Shown here: in pieces, positions 1 to 9,185 of the stretch
Layout: each line of letters begins with the position of its first letter
How positions within the stretch are numbered: the first letter of the stretch is position 1
Virus record (IMG/VR): IMGVR_UViG_3300016294_000004
Coordinates: 1-42,321 of that record
DNA length: 42,321 nt
Source of the DNA: a virus
Taxonomy: Duplodnaviria; Caudoviricetes
Strand: one strand, 5' to 3'
The notes under the pieces: model-generated
Databases searched by the model: none
What the model saw: only the letters and a program-made list of their open reading frames with translations
What the model was told of the DNA's origin: nothing
Program-made: the position numbers and the translations under genes

Positions 1-123
1 GCCATCAACGCCATCAGGTCCTCGAACGTCAGCGCCGCCATGTACGCCTGCTCGGTGACGAAGTTGTCGAGGCCCTGCGTGCTGAACTTGGCGAGGTTGT
101 CGGTCACGGTCTGCGCCATGGCC
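1..123. repeat. Terminal direct repeat, copy 1 (circular assembly overlap)
   Basis: Bases 1-123 are identical to 42199-42321 and fall inside the capsid ORF, implying a circular or permuted genome of 42198 bp. Confidence 0.95.
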
Positions 124-512
124 GCGCCGCGTTGGCCTTCCGCCAAGTTGATGCTGATCCGCGACGGGTTCACCGCCGTGATCGAGCGCCAGTTGGCCTG
201 AATGCCGAGCCCGCCGGTCTGGCGCGGGATCATGTTGCGGAGGATCGTCGTGATCGGATACAGCAGCCGCGCGCCCTGTTCCAAGTCGTACTGCGCGAGA
301 CCGGAGATGGCGGACGTCGGCTGGGTGAATGCCTTCTGCAGGAGCCACTGCGAGCCCGGAAGCCCGGCGACGTCCTTGTACGCGAGCGGCTTCATCGTCG
401 CTTCGCGCAGCATGTTGATCGCCGCAGACAGGGAATCTGTCGACTTGGCGATCTCCGGGCGGAAAGCAAACCGCCGGAATGCATCGATTACTGCAGGTTT
501 CGGGGCGTCCAT
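1..512 (-). CDS. Major capsid protein, 5' part (continues across the circular junction to 41124; about 528 aa in total)
   Basis: ATG at 512 with upstream AGGAG reads MDAPKPAVIDAFRR...YDLEQGARLLYPITTILRNMIPR...EGQRGAAMAQT, in frame with ORF 41124..42317. It lies directly downstream of the protease/scaffold gene. Confidence 0.8.
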   Translation of the reverse strand, partial: MDAPKPAVIDAFRRFAFRPEIAKSTDSLSAAINMLREATMKPLAYKDVAGLPGSQWLLQKAFTQPTSAISGLAQYDLEQGARLLYPITTILRNMIPRQTGGLGIQANWRSITAVNPSRISINLAEGQRGAAMAQTVTDNLAKFSTQGLDNFVTEQAYMAALTFEDLMALM

Positions 513-572
513 TGCTGGGCTCCTCGTCGATCTGGTACGGTTAGGTTGGATGGTTGATCGGAGTCCGGCCCC

Positions 573-2342
573 TTAAGTAGCCGGTGCCATGTTCAGGCGC
601 TGCAGCTTGAGCCGCCGCGCGAGTTCGTAGTCGACCGTCCCGTCGAGATTCTTGGCGACCGCGAGGTCGTCCTCGGTCAGGTCGATCAATTGCGGGTCGG
701 CGCCGTTCGCCTTGCCGGTCCCGTTGTCCTGTTCCTTGCTCCGCGCCACGGCCTGCTCGACCGTGCGCAGCATCACCGTTCGCGGCATCGGCTGGCGCTC
801 CAGCGCGGCGATGCGCTCGGTCGCCTTGGCCAGCTGCGCGACCACCGCGGCGTGATCCGGTCCGTCGGGCACCGGGGCACTCTTGGCCGCGGCCGCCAGT
901 ACCTTGTCCTGCCAGTCCATGTCGCCGAGCGACACGGCGTAGCCCTTGCAGATCTGGGAGGCGCGCTCGAGCGACAGTTTGCCGGCCAGCTCCTTGCGCA
1001 GGGCGCCGACCCGGCGTGCGGCCTCGAGCCCGTGCTCGATCTCGTCGTCCTCGCCGATGCCGGCGTGCTCCTTCAGCTCCTCGAGCATCTCCTCGGCCTC
1101 TTCCTCCGACATCTCCTTGAAGATCTCGACCAGCTCGCCGACCGCGTTGCGCAGCTTGCGCGGCACGTCGGAGTCGTCGCCCTCGGCGTCGAAGTCGTAC
1201 TGCGCGCCCCGGGCGACGCAGGCCAGACACTCGAGGCACTCGGCGAACTCCTGCACGTTCCACATGCCCTTGGTCAGCTCGACCGTGCCGTAGAGCTTGC
1301 GCCGACGCTTGGCCCGCCGCTGGATCGAGTAGGCGATCGCTTCCGCCTGCTTGGGGTCGGTCCCGGCCTTGATCTCGGTCGCGATGTTCGCGCTGCGGGC
1401 CTCGTCGCTGTCACTGTTAATCAGCGGCTTGGCCAGCTCGCCGGCGGCCGCCTTCTCCCCCTTGGTCCAGTTCTCCGGCAACAGGTCGGAGGCGCCGAGC
1501 GCCTTCGCCCGGGAGATGATGTGCGCCTTCGCCTTGGCTTTGTCCTTGGCCCGGCCGTAGGCGCGGATGGCGTTCTTCAGGTCCGACTTGTTGTCGATCG
1601 GAAACGACCCGTCGGGCAGGGCGTGACCGCTCTTCGCCCGCTCCTTGCGCTCCGCGGTCGAGAACTCCCGCTTCTCCAGCTCGGCCACGGTCCACAGCAG
1701 CGCTTCGATCGCGATCAGGTCGATGGCATCCTGTAGGGTCAAGCCGGAATCGTTCAGCGCCTTGCCGAAGGCCGCCACGTCCCCGTCGCTGCCGCGCACT
1801 TCGACCGGCGCCGGGTCGACAGCTTTGACCTTGAACTCGACGGTGCCGGTCTCGCCGTTCGCCTTGCGCACCTCGAAGAACTTCGCCGACGGGATGCAGG
1901 GCGAATCCACGACGCTGATCTCGGACGGGTTCGCGGTGTAACGCCGCAGCTGGCGCTCGTCGACCTTCTCGTACTTGGGCTCGCCGACGTAGGAGCCGCC
2001 GATGCTGTAGCCGGTGTAGACGCCCTCGAGGACCTTTTTCCACTCGCCGTCGTCGACGATCTTGCCGACGATGTCGATCGCCTTGTCCGCGTCGTTGAAC
2101 TCGATCTCCACCAGCTTGCCGGCAGCAACCTTACCGTGCATCGCGCGGATGTTGCCGAGGCTCTTGCCGTCGGTGTCCTTCTTGAACGACTCGCTCCACG
2201 CCTCGAAGTATGGCTTGGAGCTGTCGTAGTCGAAGATCTCGTCCGCGCGGTCCGGGACCTCGTGCGCCGCGCGCCCATAGACGAGCCGCTTCTCTTCGTC
2301 GACCTTGGTGATCTGTGCAAACACGCGCATCGGCTGATTCAT
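573..2342 (-). CDS. Prohead protease (XkdF-like) / scaffold fusion
   Basis: The N-terminus (ITKVDEEKRLVYG...IRAMH...YTGYSIGG...EISVVDSPC) resembles phage maturation serine proteases. It has an internal LPDGSFPI...AIRAYGR head-protein domain and an acidic coiled C-terminus, and lies between MuF and capsid. Confidence 0.75.
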   Translation of the reverse strand: MNQPMRVFAQITKVDEEKRLVYGRAAHEVPDRADEIFDYDSSKPYFEAWSESFKKDTDGKSLGNIRAMHGKVAAGKLVEIEFNDADKAIDIVGKIVDDGEWKKVLEGVYTGYSIGGSYVGEPKYEKVDERQLRRYTANPSEISVVDSPCIPSAKFFEVRKANGETGTVEFKVKAVDPAPVEVRGSDGDVAAFGKALNDSGLTLQDAIDLIAIEALLWTVAELEKREFSTAERKERAKSGHALPDGSFPIDNKSDLKNAIRAYGRAKDKAKAKAHIISRAKALGASDLLPENWTKGEKAAAGELAKPLINSDSDEARSANIATEIKAGTDPKQAEAIAYSIQRRAKRRRKLYGTVELTKGMWNVQEFAECLECLACVARGAQYDFDAEGDDSDVPRKLRNAVGELVEIFKEMSEEEAEEMLEELKEHAGIGEDDEIEHGLEAARRVGALRKELAGKLSLERASQICKGYAVSLGDMDWQDKVLAAAAKSAPVPDGPDHAAVVAQLAKATERIAALERQPMPRTVMLRTVEQAVARSKEQDNGTGKANGADPQLIDLTEDDLAVAKNLDGTVDYELARRLKLQRLNMAPAT

Positions 2343-3142
2343 GGTGTCTCTTCCTCGGCCGCGAGTGCGGCATCACGTTTGTCCCAATCGACCACCGGGA
2401 GAACCTGACACCGGCAGTTCGGATGTGCCGGCGGCGCGTCGTCGCCGCTGGAGAAGTCGTCGTCCAACGCGATCACGCCGTCGGCCTCGTTGTCCTCGCA
2501 CTCGTCGCAGGCGTCCTCGTGCGCCAGCCACTGTTTGCCGGAGACCACCCCGGACGCCTCGTAGCTCGCCATCGCGCCGTTATTGGCCGCGAACTGGGTC
2601 TCGGTGCGCGCGATCATCATGGCGCGGTCCTCCGAGAACCCCTCGGACTGCACGATCTCGTCCGCCAGCTTGTCGTTGCTCCAGCCTTCCTTGACCGCGT
2701 CCAGAACAACGCCGCGGAGGTAGTCGCGGGTGGCGTCGGTGATGGCCCAGCGGGCGTCTGGATTCTCGACCAGCTTGCCGGCCTCAGTAAGGCGCATACC
2801 GACGAGTTCGGCCGAGCGCTCGCTGGCGTAGTCGAGGGTCTCGTCGCGAACCACGTTGAGCACTTCGCTGCGCACCTCCGTGCCCAGCCCGATCTGGTGA
2901 AGCGCGACCGTGGACCCGTCGGCGCCGACGGCCTCGAGGATGGGACGGATGTCGCCGGTGAGCACGGACCAGCCGGAGAAGTCCAGCTCGGCGAGGATGC
3001 GGGCGACCTCGTCGGCTTCGTCGTCGGAGGTGGCAGCGCGCTCGAGCTTGGCCCGCGCCAGCTCGACCTGATGGGCGAGCGCCGGCCCCTGTCGACGGAA
3101 GAACGCAAGGATGATCTCCGCAAGCTTCTTCTCCGCACTCAA
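2339..3142 (-). CDS. Phage Mu gpF-like (MuF) minor head protein; start uncertain, possibly made by frameshift from portal
   Basis: RAMMIARTET, KQWL, CDEC and PPAHPNCRC motifs typical of MuF / SPP1 gp7. The only candidate start is a TTG overlapping the portal stop, with no Shine-Dalgarno. Confidence 0.85.
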   Translation of the reverse strand: MSAEKKLAEIILAFFRRQGPALAHQVELARAKLERAATSDDEADEVARILAELDFSGWSVLTGDIRPILEAVGADGSTVALHQIGLGTEVRSEVLNVVRDETLDYASERSAELVGMRLTEAGKLVENPDARWAITDATRDYLRGVVLDAVKEGWSNDKLADEIVQSEGFSEDRAMMIARTETQFAANNGAMASYEASGVVSGKQWLAHEDACDECEDNEADGVIALDDDFSSGDDAPPAHPNCRCQVLPVVDWDKRDAALAAEEETP

Positions 3143-4845
3143 TAACGCGTCACGGTCGACGTTGACCGGGCGTGCCGGGGACGGCTTGCGGCTTTTCCCA
3201 AGACCTTGCCCGCGACCCCCGGCGCGGCCGGCTGGGGCGGGCCGGGCTGGGCCGCTGGCGCGCCGGTCGCACCGAACTGCGGCGCGCGAGCGGCGGCACG
3301 CTGGTCCTTGTCGTCGAGCTGGTCCTCGGTCAGGATGGTGGCGTTGACGGTCGAGGCGAAGGTCGCCATGTCCATCTGCTCGCGCATGTCGTCCGGCATC
3401 GCGTCCTCGCCCAGCTTGGCGCGCACCTCGTCCGGGTGATAGACCTTGGCGTTGACGTAGATCTGGTAGGTCTGCGCCTGCTCGAGCGGATCGGCGACCT
3501 CCTCTTCCTGCCAGCGGAAGCACAGGTCCGGATAACCAAACTTGGTGCGGATGATGCGGTCGATCAGCGAGCCCAACCATTGGCGCCACGGCTGCTCGCC
3601 TTCCTCGTGCGCCTCGGTGTGGTGCGTCTTCTCCTGCCCCTTGTTCATCTGCTGGATGAACGGCATCGGGTTCAGGCCGAACGCGAAGCACATGATCCGA
3701 ATCAGCCACTCGTCCGACTTGTCGGTGAGAATCCGCTCCTTGGTGTCGACCGGCTTGGCGCCGTCTGGGACGAACATCGTGCCGCGGCGGTTCTGGACGT
3801 TGCCCTGCAGCACCGAGTCCCACCACAGCTTGAACTTCGCCATCTCGTCCACGTTCCACGTCGACGGCAGGGCGATCAGCAGGTCCGGCGTCGAGCCCAT
3901 CGTGTAATACGACAGGAAGTACGCCTCGCGATAGATCGCGATGTTGACCGTGGCAATCATCTGCTCGACCGGCCCGTAGCCGTACAGGCTGTTGACGCGC
4001 GGATTGCGCGGCGCGTACATCAGTTCTGGGAACGGGATGCCGTCTGGCGCCAGCGGCACCGGCTGGCCCCGCGGCACCGGCTTGATGTAGTCGCACGCCG
4101 GGAGCCCGTTCTTGATGACCTGCTGGTAGCCCGGCCCGACGTCCGGGTCCGGGACGCGTCCGTCGGAGCCGATCTTGGGCGAAATCAACGATCCGTCGAT
4201 GATATGCAGCGCGGCGAGGTCGCCTTTGCGGTCGGGTTGCAGCCAGATCGCCGGCGCGTCGTAGACCATAACCTGCTCGAGCAGCATCCGCGCCCAGTCC
4301 GAGAAGATGTGCTCCCGGTCGGGCATGAAGAAGACCTCCTCGAGTTCATCGCAGCGCTTGTCGCGTTTCCCCTTCTTGTTGCGCGGCCCGATCTGCCACG
4401 GGTCAAACACGATCTTGTCCTTAACCCGTTCGATCAGCAGGCGCAGGACGTCGTAGTTCTGGGCGAGTGCTTGGAGGGCGGCGAAGCCGATCGGTTCCCC
4501 GGTGCGCGGCGTGACCCACGTGTTACGCCCGACCTGATAATCCCACGGCCGGCCGACGACCGCGGCGTCCGGGTATTGTGCGATCGGCTGCAACGGTTGC
4601 TGCGGCGGAAACAGGACGTTGGCTGCGTCCGCCCCGGTAATGAGCACGTTCCACGCTCGGCCGATGCGCTGCATCAGTGGCAACTTGGTGGGCGTGGCCT
4701 GCGGTGCGCCGAGCCGGGAGGTGTCGAGCGGCGTGCCGGTGGCGTACCCCGGAGCGCCACCATACCGCCGGGCGTCCGCACTGTACTGCTGCAGCATCGC
4801 CGGGGTCGGGTAGTCGTACGGACCGGCCGCGTTCGGGTCGGCCAT
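3139..4845 (-). CDS. Portal protein
   Basis: 568 aa downstream of terL. Motifs YGYGPVE, YYTMGSTP and DEWLIRIMCFAFG resemble HK97-type portals. Confidence 0.85.
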   Translation of the reverse strand: MADPNAAGPYDYPTPAMLQQYSADARRYGGAPGYATGTPLDTSRLGAPQATPTKLPLMQRIGRAWNVLITGADAANVLFPPQQPLQPIAQYPDAAVVGRPWDYQVGRNTWVTPRTGEPIGFAALQALAQNYDVLRLLIERVKDKIVFDPWQIGPRNKKGKRDKRCDELEEVFFMPDREHIFSDWARMLLEQVMVYDAPAIWLQPDRKGDLAALHIIDGSLISPKIGSDGRVPDPDVGPGYQQVIKNGLPACDYIKPVPRGQPVPLAPDGIPFPELMYAPRNPRVNSLYGYGPVEQMIATVNIAIYREAYFLSYYTMGSTPDLLIALPSTWNVDEMAKFKLWWDSVLQGNVQNRRGTMFVPDGAKPVDTKERILTDKSDEWLIRIMCFAFGLNPMPFIQQMNKGQEKTHHTEAHEEGEQPWRQWLGSLIDRIIRTKFGYPDLCFRWQEEEVADPLEQAQTYQIYVNAKVYHPDEVRAKLGEDAMPDDMREQMDMATFASTVNATILTEDQLDDKDQRAAARAPQFGATGAPAAQPGPPQPAAPGVAGKVLGKAASRPRHARSTSTVTRY

Positions 4846-5066
4846 CAGTGCAACCTCTCGATGATCTTGGTCGCGTGCTCCTCAGCATCCGGCACGTCGA
4901 CGCCCATCGCACTCTCGAGCAGCGCCAGCCGCTCGTGCAGTGCCACGATGGCGACGCGCTGGGCATCGATCGCGTGCGCTTGGCTATGGACCGAGGCGCA
5001 CAGCCCGACCACGCGCTGTTCGAGCCACAGCACGCGGTCGCGCCAGAGCTTGAGGAACGGCGTCAC
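4845..5066 (-). CDS. Hypothetical coiled-coil protein
   Basis: 73 aa ORF overlapping both neighbours at stop/start codons. Confidence 0.55.
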   Translation of the reverse strand: MTPFLKLWRDRVLWLEQRVVGLCASVHSQAHAIDAQRVAIVALHERLALLESAMGVDVPDAEEHATKIIERLH

Positions 5067-5434
5067 GGCAGCAGCGGGATCCCGGTAGCGCCAGTGGCGC
5101 CGGTAGGTCCGGTCGGGCCGGTCGCCCCAGTACCGCCGGTGGGAGCGGCGGATGGGCCGATCTTCCCGGCCGAACCCGTGGCGCCCGTCGAGCCGGTCGT
5201 ACCGGTGGTTCCGGTGCCGCCGGTCTTGCCGATCGCACCGTCGGCGCCGGTGATGCCGACCGCCCAGTTGAACCCGGCCCGCAGCAGGCCGGAATCGAAC
5301 GCCGCCGGCGGGATCGACAGCACGCCGTTGGCGACGGTGTAGGTGTTGCCGTCCTTCAGGTAGAACTGCGACCCGTTGGGGAACGCCGCCGGCGCCGACA
5401 GCACGTAGCGGCCGTCATTCAGAGAATAGGACAT
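5063..5434 (-). CDS. Collagen-like (Gly-X-Thr) putative virion fibre/decoration protein
   Basis: Short globular N-terminus followed by [18 protein letters not shown]...GPT-GPT-GAT triplets. Confidence 0.7.
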   Translation of the reverse strand: MSYSLNDGRYVLSAPAAFPNGSQFYLKDGNTYTVANGVLSIPPAAFDSGLLRAGFNWAVGITGADGAIGKTGGTGTTGTTGSTGATGSAGKIGPSAAPTGGTGATGPTGPTGATGATGIPLLP

Positions 5435-5474
5435 GGTGTAACGCTCCTTGCGTTATGTGAACGTTACGCCAGCG

Positions 5475-5816
5475 TCACGGACCCGTCGGGCCAGTGGCTC
5501 CAGTCGCGCCCGTGCCGCCCACGGCTCCGGTAGCGCCGGTGTTGCCACCCGTCGGTCCGGTGGCACCGGTCCCGCCAGTACCGCCCGTGCCGCCTGTTCC
5601 GCCGACGCCGCCTACGGCGCCTGTGGCTCCGGTGGAGCCCGTGCCGCCGGTGCCTCCCGTCGGGCCGGTGCCGAAGTTATACCCGGCGGCGAACAGGTCA
5701 CGCGGGACGGCCGATTGCGGCATCGTCACCTGCCCGGATGCGACAGGATAGAAGACGCCGTCGAGGCCAAGCACGGAGCTGACGCCGGACGGTGCGTTGA
5801 TGGTCACGTTTGCCAT
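5475..5816 (-). CDS. Collagen-like (Gly-X-Thr) putative virion fibre/decoration protein, paralogue of 5063..5434
   Basis: ATG at 5816 with upstream GAGAGG reads MANVTINAPSG..., then [15 protein letters not shown] triplets to the C-terminus. Confidence 0.7.
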   Translation of the reverse strand: MANVTINAPSGVSSVLGLDGVFYPVASGQVTMPQSAVPRDLFAAGYNFGTGPTGGTGGTGSTGATGAVGGVGGTGGTGGTGGTGATGPTGGNTGATGAVGGTGATGATGPTGP

Positions 5817-5830
5817 GGTTAGCCTCTCGG

Positions 5831-7186
5831 TTAGGCGGCAGCGCGCTGCGCCTGTTGCTGGTAGAAATCGAGCAGCGAGCGCTCGGTGTTGTCGGCGAGG
5901 GCGGTCAGCGCCCACACCAATGCATCCATCCGGTCCGGCGACGTCTTGGCCGTGAGCGGATCGTAGTCGCACATCTGGTCCTCGAGCTGCGGGAACGAGC
6001 CGACGTGGTGGACGCGGCCCTGCTCGTACAGCGCGGCGATCGGCTCGGCCCGGGTCTGCTTGCCACGCGACGCCGTGACCTTGGTGTAGGGCACGTTCGG
6101 ATCGACCGCCCGGAGCAGCGCCTCGATCATGTCGCCGCCGTTGTTGGCTTCGCCAATCACGCGGTCGCCATTGAACGAGCGCAACGTCGCAACCGCCGTC
6201 TTGGCCCACGCCGCCGGATGGTCACGCTTCGATGTATCGCCGAGGACGAAGAAGTGGGGCGGGTTGCGTTCGTCGACCCCGGCCGCTATAATCCCAGCTT
6301 CCGACGCCACGCCCTCCTCCGAGGACGCGGACGGGTCCAGCGCGACCACTACCCGGCGCAGGGTCGGCGCTGACCGCACGCGGTGCTGGTCTAGATTACG
6401 GTGGTTCCACAGCGCGCCCGGGTTGTCCTCGAGCAGCTCGGCGTTCAGCTCCTGCCGGCCGAGGCGGGTGCCCTCGTACTTGCGGATGATGGTCGAGTAG
6501 TAGACCGCGGGCAGGTTGTCCCGGTTGTCGTACGATGTTCCACGTGTAACCACGCAGGCCGGGTCGGTCAGCAGCTCGCGGACGACCTTGATCGGGCGCG
6601 GCGTGGTGGTGACGATCGCCTGCGGTGTGCGGCCCAAGCGCAGGCCGAATTGCACCTGATCCCACGACTCGGCATAGCGCCAAGCCGCCAGCTCGTCGGC
6701 CCACACCTTCGCATGCTGCTTACCGCGCAGCCGGTCGGGCTCGTCCGCGGTGAAGATCAGCGATTTGCAACCGGATGGCCAACGCAGCTGGCGCCCGACG
6801 TAGTCCGGTCGTTCGTTGCGCGGGCAGATGGCGAGGATGCCGGACTCGCCCTCGATCATGATGTCGCGGACGTCGTCGAGCGTCGCGCCGACGAGGTTCA
6901 CGTACTGATTCGAGCGAGCCCACTCCCGGGTCTGCTCGGCACCAACTCGAGTCTTGCCGTAACCGCGGCCGGCGTCAACCAGCCAGTAGGTCTTGAGACC
7001 GGCTACGAACTCGGCCGGCGGACGCTGATCGGGGCGCTGCCAGAAGGCCCAGTCGAAGTACAGCGAGGCAATCTCGTCCTCATTCATCGCCTCCAGCCGA
7101 GACTGCCGTTCCGAGAAGGGCAAGCTCCGGAAGTAGCTTGCTGCGGACTGACTGCGCAGCGTCGATGACGACAGGAGAGTCTGCAT
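5831..7186 (-). CDS. terL: Terminase large subunit (alternative start 7087)
   Basis: Walker A AGRGYGKT, LRG, Walker B VWADE, coupling motif VTTTP, nuclease motifs VALDP and PDRMDALVWA. Confidence 0.95.
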   Translation of the reverse strand: MQTLLSSSTLRSQSAASYFRSLPFSERQSRLEAMNEDEIASLYFDWAFWQRPDQRPPAEFVAGLKTYWLVDAGRGYGKTRVGAEQTREWARSNQYVNLVGATLDDVRDIMIEGESGILAICPRNERPDYVGRQLRWPSGCKSLIFTADEPDRLRGKQHAKVWADELAAWRYAESWDQVQFGLRLGRTPQAIVTTTPRPIKVVRELLTDPACVVTRGTSYDNRDNLPAVYYSTIIRKYEGTRLGRQELNAELLEDNPGALWNHRNLDQHRVRSAPTLRRVVVALDPSASSEEGVASEAGIIAAGVDERNPPHFFVLGDTSKRDHPAAWAKTAVATLRSFNGDRVIGEANNGGDMIEALLRAVDPNVPYTKVTASRGKQTRAEPIAALYEQGRVHHVGSFPQLEDQMCDYDPLTAKTSPDRMDALVWALTALADNTERSLLDFYQQQAQRAAA

Positions 7187-7589
7187 CGCCCGTCAGCACG
7201 GTCCTTGTTGCGAACCGTTGCGGACGGTGGGCACGCAGCATGAGAGCAAGTAAGCCGTCGGAATAACGGCGGATGTGGCCGACTTTGCGGCCTTGATGGA
7301 ACACCGGTTCAAGGACGCCCCTGACCGCCCGGCGCCGAGCCTCCCTCTCGAGGTCGTCGCAGGCGTCCTGCAGGGCGCCATCGAAGCTAATCGCGAAGTC
7401 GGCGTCGGTGTCGCGCCACTTGTAGACGGTCGCCGTGCCGACCCCGGCGGCCTTGCAGCTGTCCTTGACGATGCCGCACTTGGCCAGCGCAGCGAGGAAT
7501 GCAGACTTGCGGGCCGCCCTCTCGGCTTCCTGACCCAACCAAGACAGCTCCCGACCATCTTGAACCTGCGGATCTCGCTTATCGGGCAT
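7080..7589 (-). CDS. terS: Terminase small subunit
   Basis: N-terminal HTH (SCKAAGVGTATVYKW) and LEREARRRAV-G...YSDGLL motif; directly upstream of terL. Confidence 0.8.
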   Translation of the reverse strand: MPDKRDPQVQDGRELSWLGQEAERAARKSAFLAALAKCGIVKDSCKAAGVGTATVYKWRDTDADFAISFDGALQDACDDLEREARRRAVRGVLEPVFHQGRKVGHIRRYSDGLLALMLRAHRPQRFATRTVLTGDADSPVVIDAAQSVRSKLLPELALLGTAVSAGGDE

Positions 7590-7631
7590 AGCCCCTCGAG
7601 GCTGGATTAAACACCCCGCCGGCGGCGCCTG

Positions 7632-8447
7632 TCAATGGGCTCCGGACGAGCGGATTCGGCTGGCGAGGTCCCTGAAGCTCTCGCCGGGCCGGGCTCGGAT
7701 GCCGACCTCGACCGCCTTGCGCTGGATGCCGTCGTCGCTTGCCCACCATGGCTGGTCGGCCTTCTTCTGTTGCTGCGCACCAGCGGCGCCGGCGAGCCAG
7801 TCGGTCCTGATCGCCATCATCAGCGCAGCGTCCCAGTCGGCGTACCTGTAGCCGTTGGCCGTGGCCTTGTCGATGAAGTGCGCCACGTGCTCCTCGAGGT
7901 TGGCCACCTTGCGTTCCGCAGCCCATGCCCGGACCCGGTCCGATATGTCGAAGGGTGTTGGGATCGGGGTCTTGGGCGGTGTACTGCGTGGGGGTTTGGG
8001 GGAAGATTTTAAACTCTTTTCTTTTCTGGTAACAGTTAATTCGTTACCGTTGGGTAACGCTTGGAGCGTTACAGCACGGTGTGCCTGAGTCCTCACTTGC
8101 CCGAGAGCCCGCGTCTTTGCCGGTTTCCCGTTGTGGCGACCGAAGTGCGGAATAACCACGGACGGTGGATCGGTGGCATCTGAACATCTCAGCCAGCCGA
8201 CGCCCTGCAGCGCATGTGCGAAACCGGGTCTACGGACTATGTCGTCGATGTCTTCTGCAGATGCCTGCGTTACAACAGCGTTACAATCCGGTAACGCTGA
8301 CACCGTTACATTCGCGTCGCACCATATCCAGAACCGCACCAACAGGCCGACGACCTCATGCGGTGATACCTTCAAGACGCGCGCTAGCGCACGCACCTCT
8401 GGCTTGTCCGGCAGCCCGTGCTCGACCTTGATCCAACTACCTGCCAT
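7632..8447 (-). CDS. Phage replication initiator (lambda O / DnaT-like)
   Basis: The N-terminus (WIKV...DKPEV...VVGLLVRFWIWCD) resembles lambdoid replisome organisers. It has a Lys/Pro linker, a C-terminal YADWDAA helix and an internal iteron cluster. Confidence 0.7.
   Translation of the reverse strand: MAGSWIKVEHGLPDKPEVRALARVLKVSPHEVVGLLVRFWIWCDANVTVSALPDCNAVVTQASAEDIDDIVRRPGFAHALQGVGWLRCSDATDPPSVVIPHFGRHNGKPAKTRALGQVRTQAHRAVTLQALPNGNELTVTRKEKSLKSSPKPPRSTPPKTPIPTPFDISDRVRAWAAERKVANLEEHVAHFIDKATANGYRYADWDAALMMAIRTDWLAGAAGAQQQKKADQPWWASDDGIQRKAVEVGIRARPGESFRDLASRIRSSGAH
8005..8310. other. Putative replication origin: GTAAC/GTTAC iterons plus AT-rich tract inside the initiator gene
   Basis: (C)GTTAC or GTAAC(G) at 8029, 8042, 8054, 8067, 8268, 8279, 8291 and 8304, next to the AT-rich tract GATTTTAAACTCTTTTCTTTT (8005-8025). 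Confidence 0.6.
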
Positions 8448-8487
8448 GCCTGTCCTCCCCGGGGTTTGGTGTTGCGGTGCAGCAAGG

Positions 8488-8688
8488 TCAGACTGGCGGT
8501 ACCAGCCGATACTCGTAGACGTGCGCCTTGGCCTGTTCCATCGAGCGGCAGGCGTGCATTCCCTTGGCGTACCATAGCGCCTCGTCCCGGGACACGAACA
8601 CCTGCCGCGGGACGCCGCCTCGACCGAGCACGACCCACAGCTCGCGCGGGATCTGCGGCCGCACCTCGAGGGTCATCGCACTTGCCAT
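8488..8688 (-). CDS. Hypothetical protein
   Basis: 66 aa ORF in the minus-strand gene run. Confidence 0.5.
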   Translation of the reverse strand: MASAMTLEVRPQIPRELWVVLGRGGVPRQVFVSRDEALWYAKGMHACRSMEQAKAHVYEYRLVPPV

Positions 8689-8987
8689 AGCACGCGGTCC
8701 TTGTCGCTGATCCGGCAGGGTGAGTGCAGGTAGCCGCGGAACACCAGCCAGCGGACCACGTTACCCCATACGCGCTCGGTCGGCGGGCGCACGAGGTAGT
8801 ACTTCTTGCGCAGCTGATGGAAGCGCGGGTCGCGCCGCATGCGCTGGCAGCTGAAGCCGCACTCGCGCACGTCCGGGAGCATGAGGTAACTCTCGAGGAC
8901 GTGCGTCGCCCGGCGCATCCAGTCGTGCTGCAGGCGCTCGACGTTGAGTAACGCCGCCGCCATCCCTTCCAGTCGTGCCTGTTCCAT
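8673..8987 (-). CDS. Hypothetical protein
   Basis: 104 aa ORF with GAGGAG Shine-Dalgarno. Confidence 0.6.
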   Translation of the reverse strand: MEQARLEGMAAALLNVERLQHDWMRRATHVLESYLMLPDVRECGFSCQRMRRDPRFHQLRKKYYLVRPPTERVWGNVVRWLVFRGYLHSPCRISDKDRVLWQVR

Positions 8988-9002
8988 CGTCGTCTCCTCG
9001 GG

Positions 9003-9125
9003 TTAGTCCCGGCCCAGCCACATCACCACCAGCGCGCCGATCGCGGCCACGAACAGCGCGAACCAGACCAGCCACGCGGCCAGCCCCTGCATCCGGCTCC
9101 GCTCGTCCTCGTGGTTGTCGGCCAT
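9003..9125 (-). CDS. Small membrane protein
   Basis: MADNHEDERSRMQGLAAWLVWFALFVAAIGALVVMWLGRD, one hydrophobic segment; read directly from the sequence. Confidence 0.5.
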   Translation of the reverse strand: MADNHEDERSRMQGLAAWLVWFALFVAAIGALVVMWLGRD

Positions 9126-9185
9126 GGCTTCACCTTGCGTCGGTCGCGCTTCGGGCGGTTGGCTTCGCGGATTTCTCGTCGTCGG

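Noticed and set aside
3172-5088. Long antisense or alternate-frame ORFs (e.g. 3172..5088 +, 40035..41693 +, 26977..28575 -, 30183..31391 -)
   Set aside because: Shadow ORFs caused by high GC and codon bias. They overlap well-supported genes and show no recognisable motifs.
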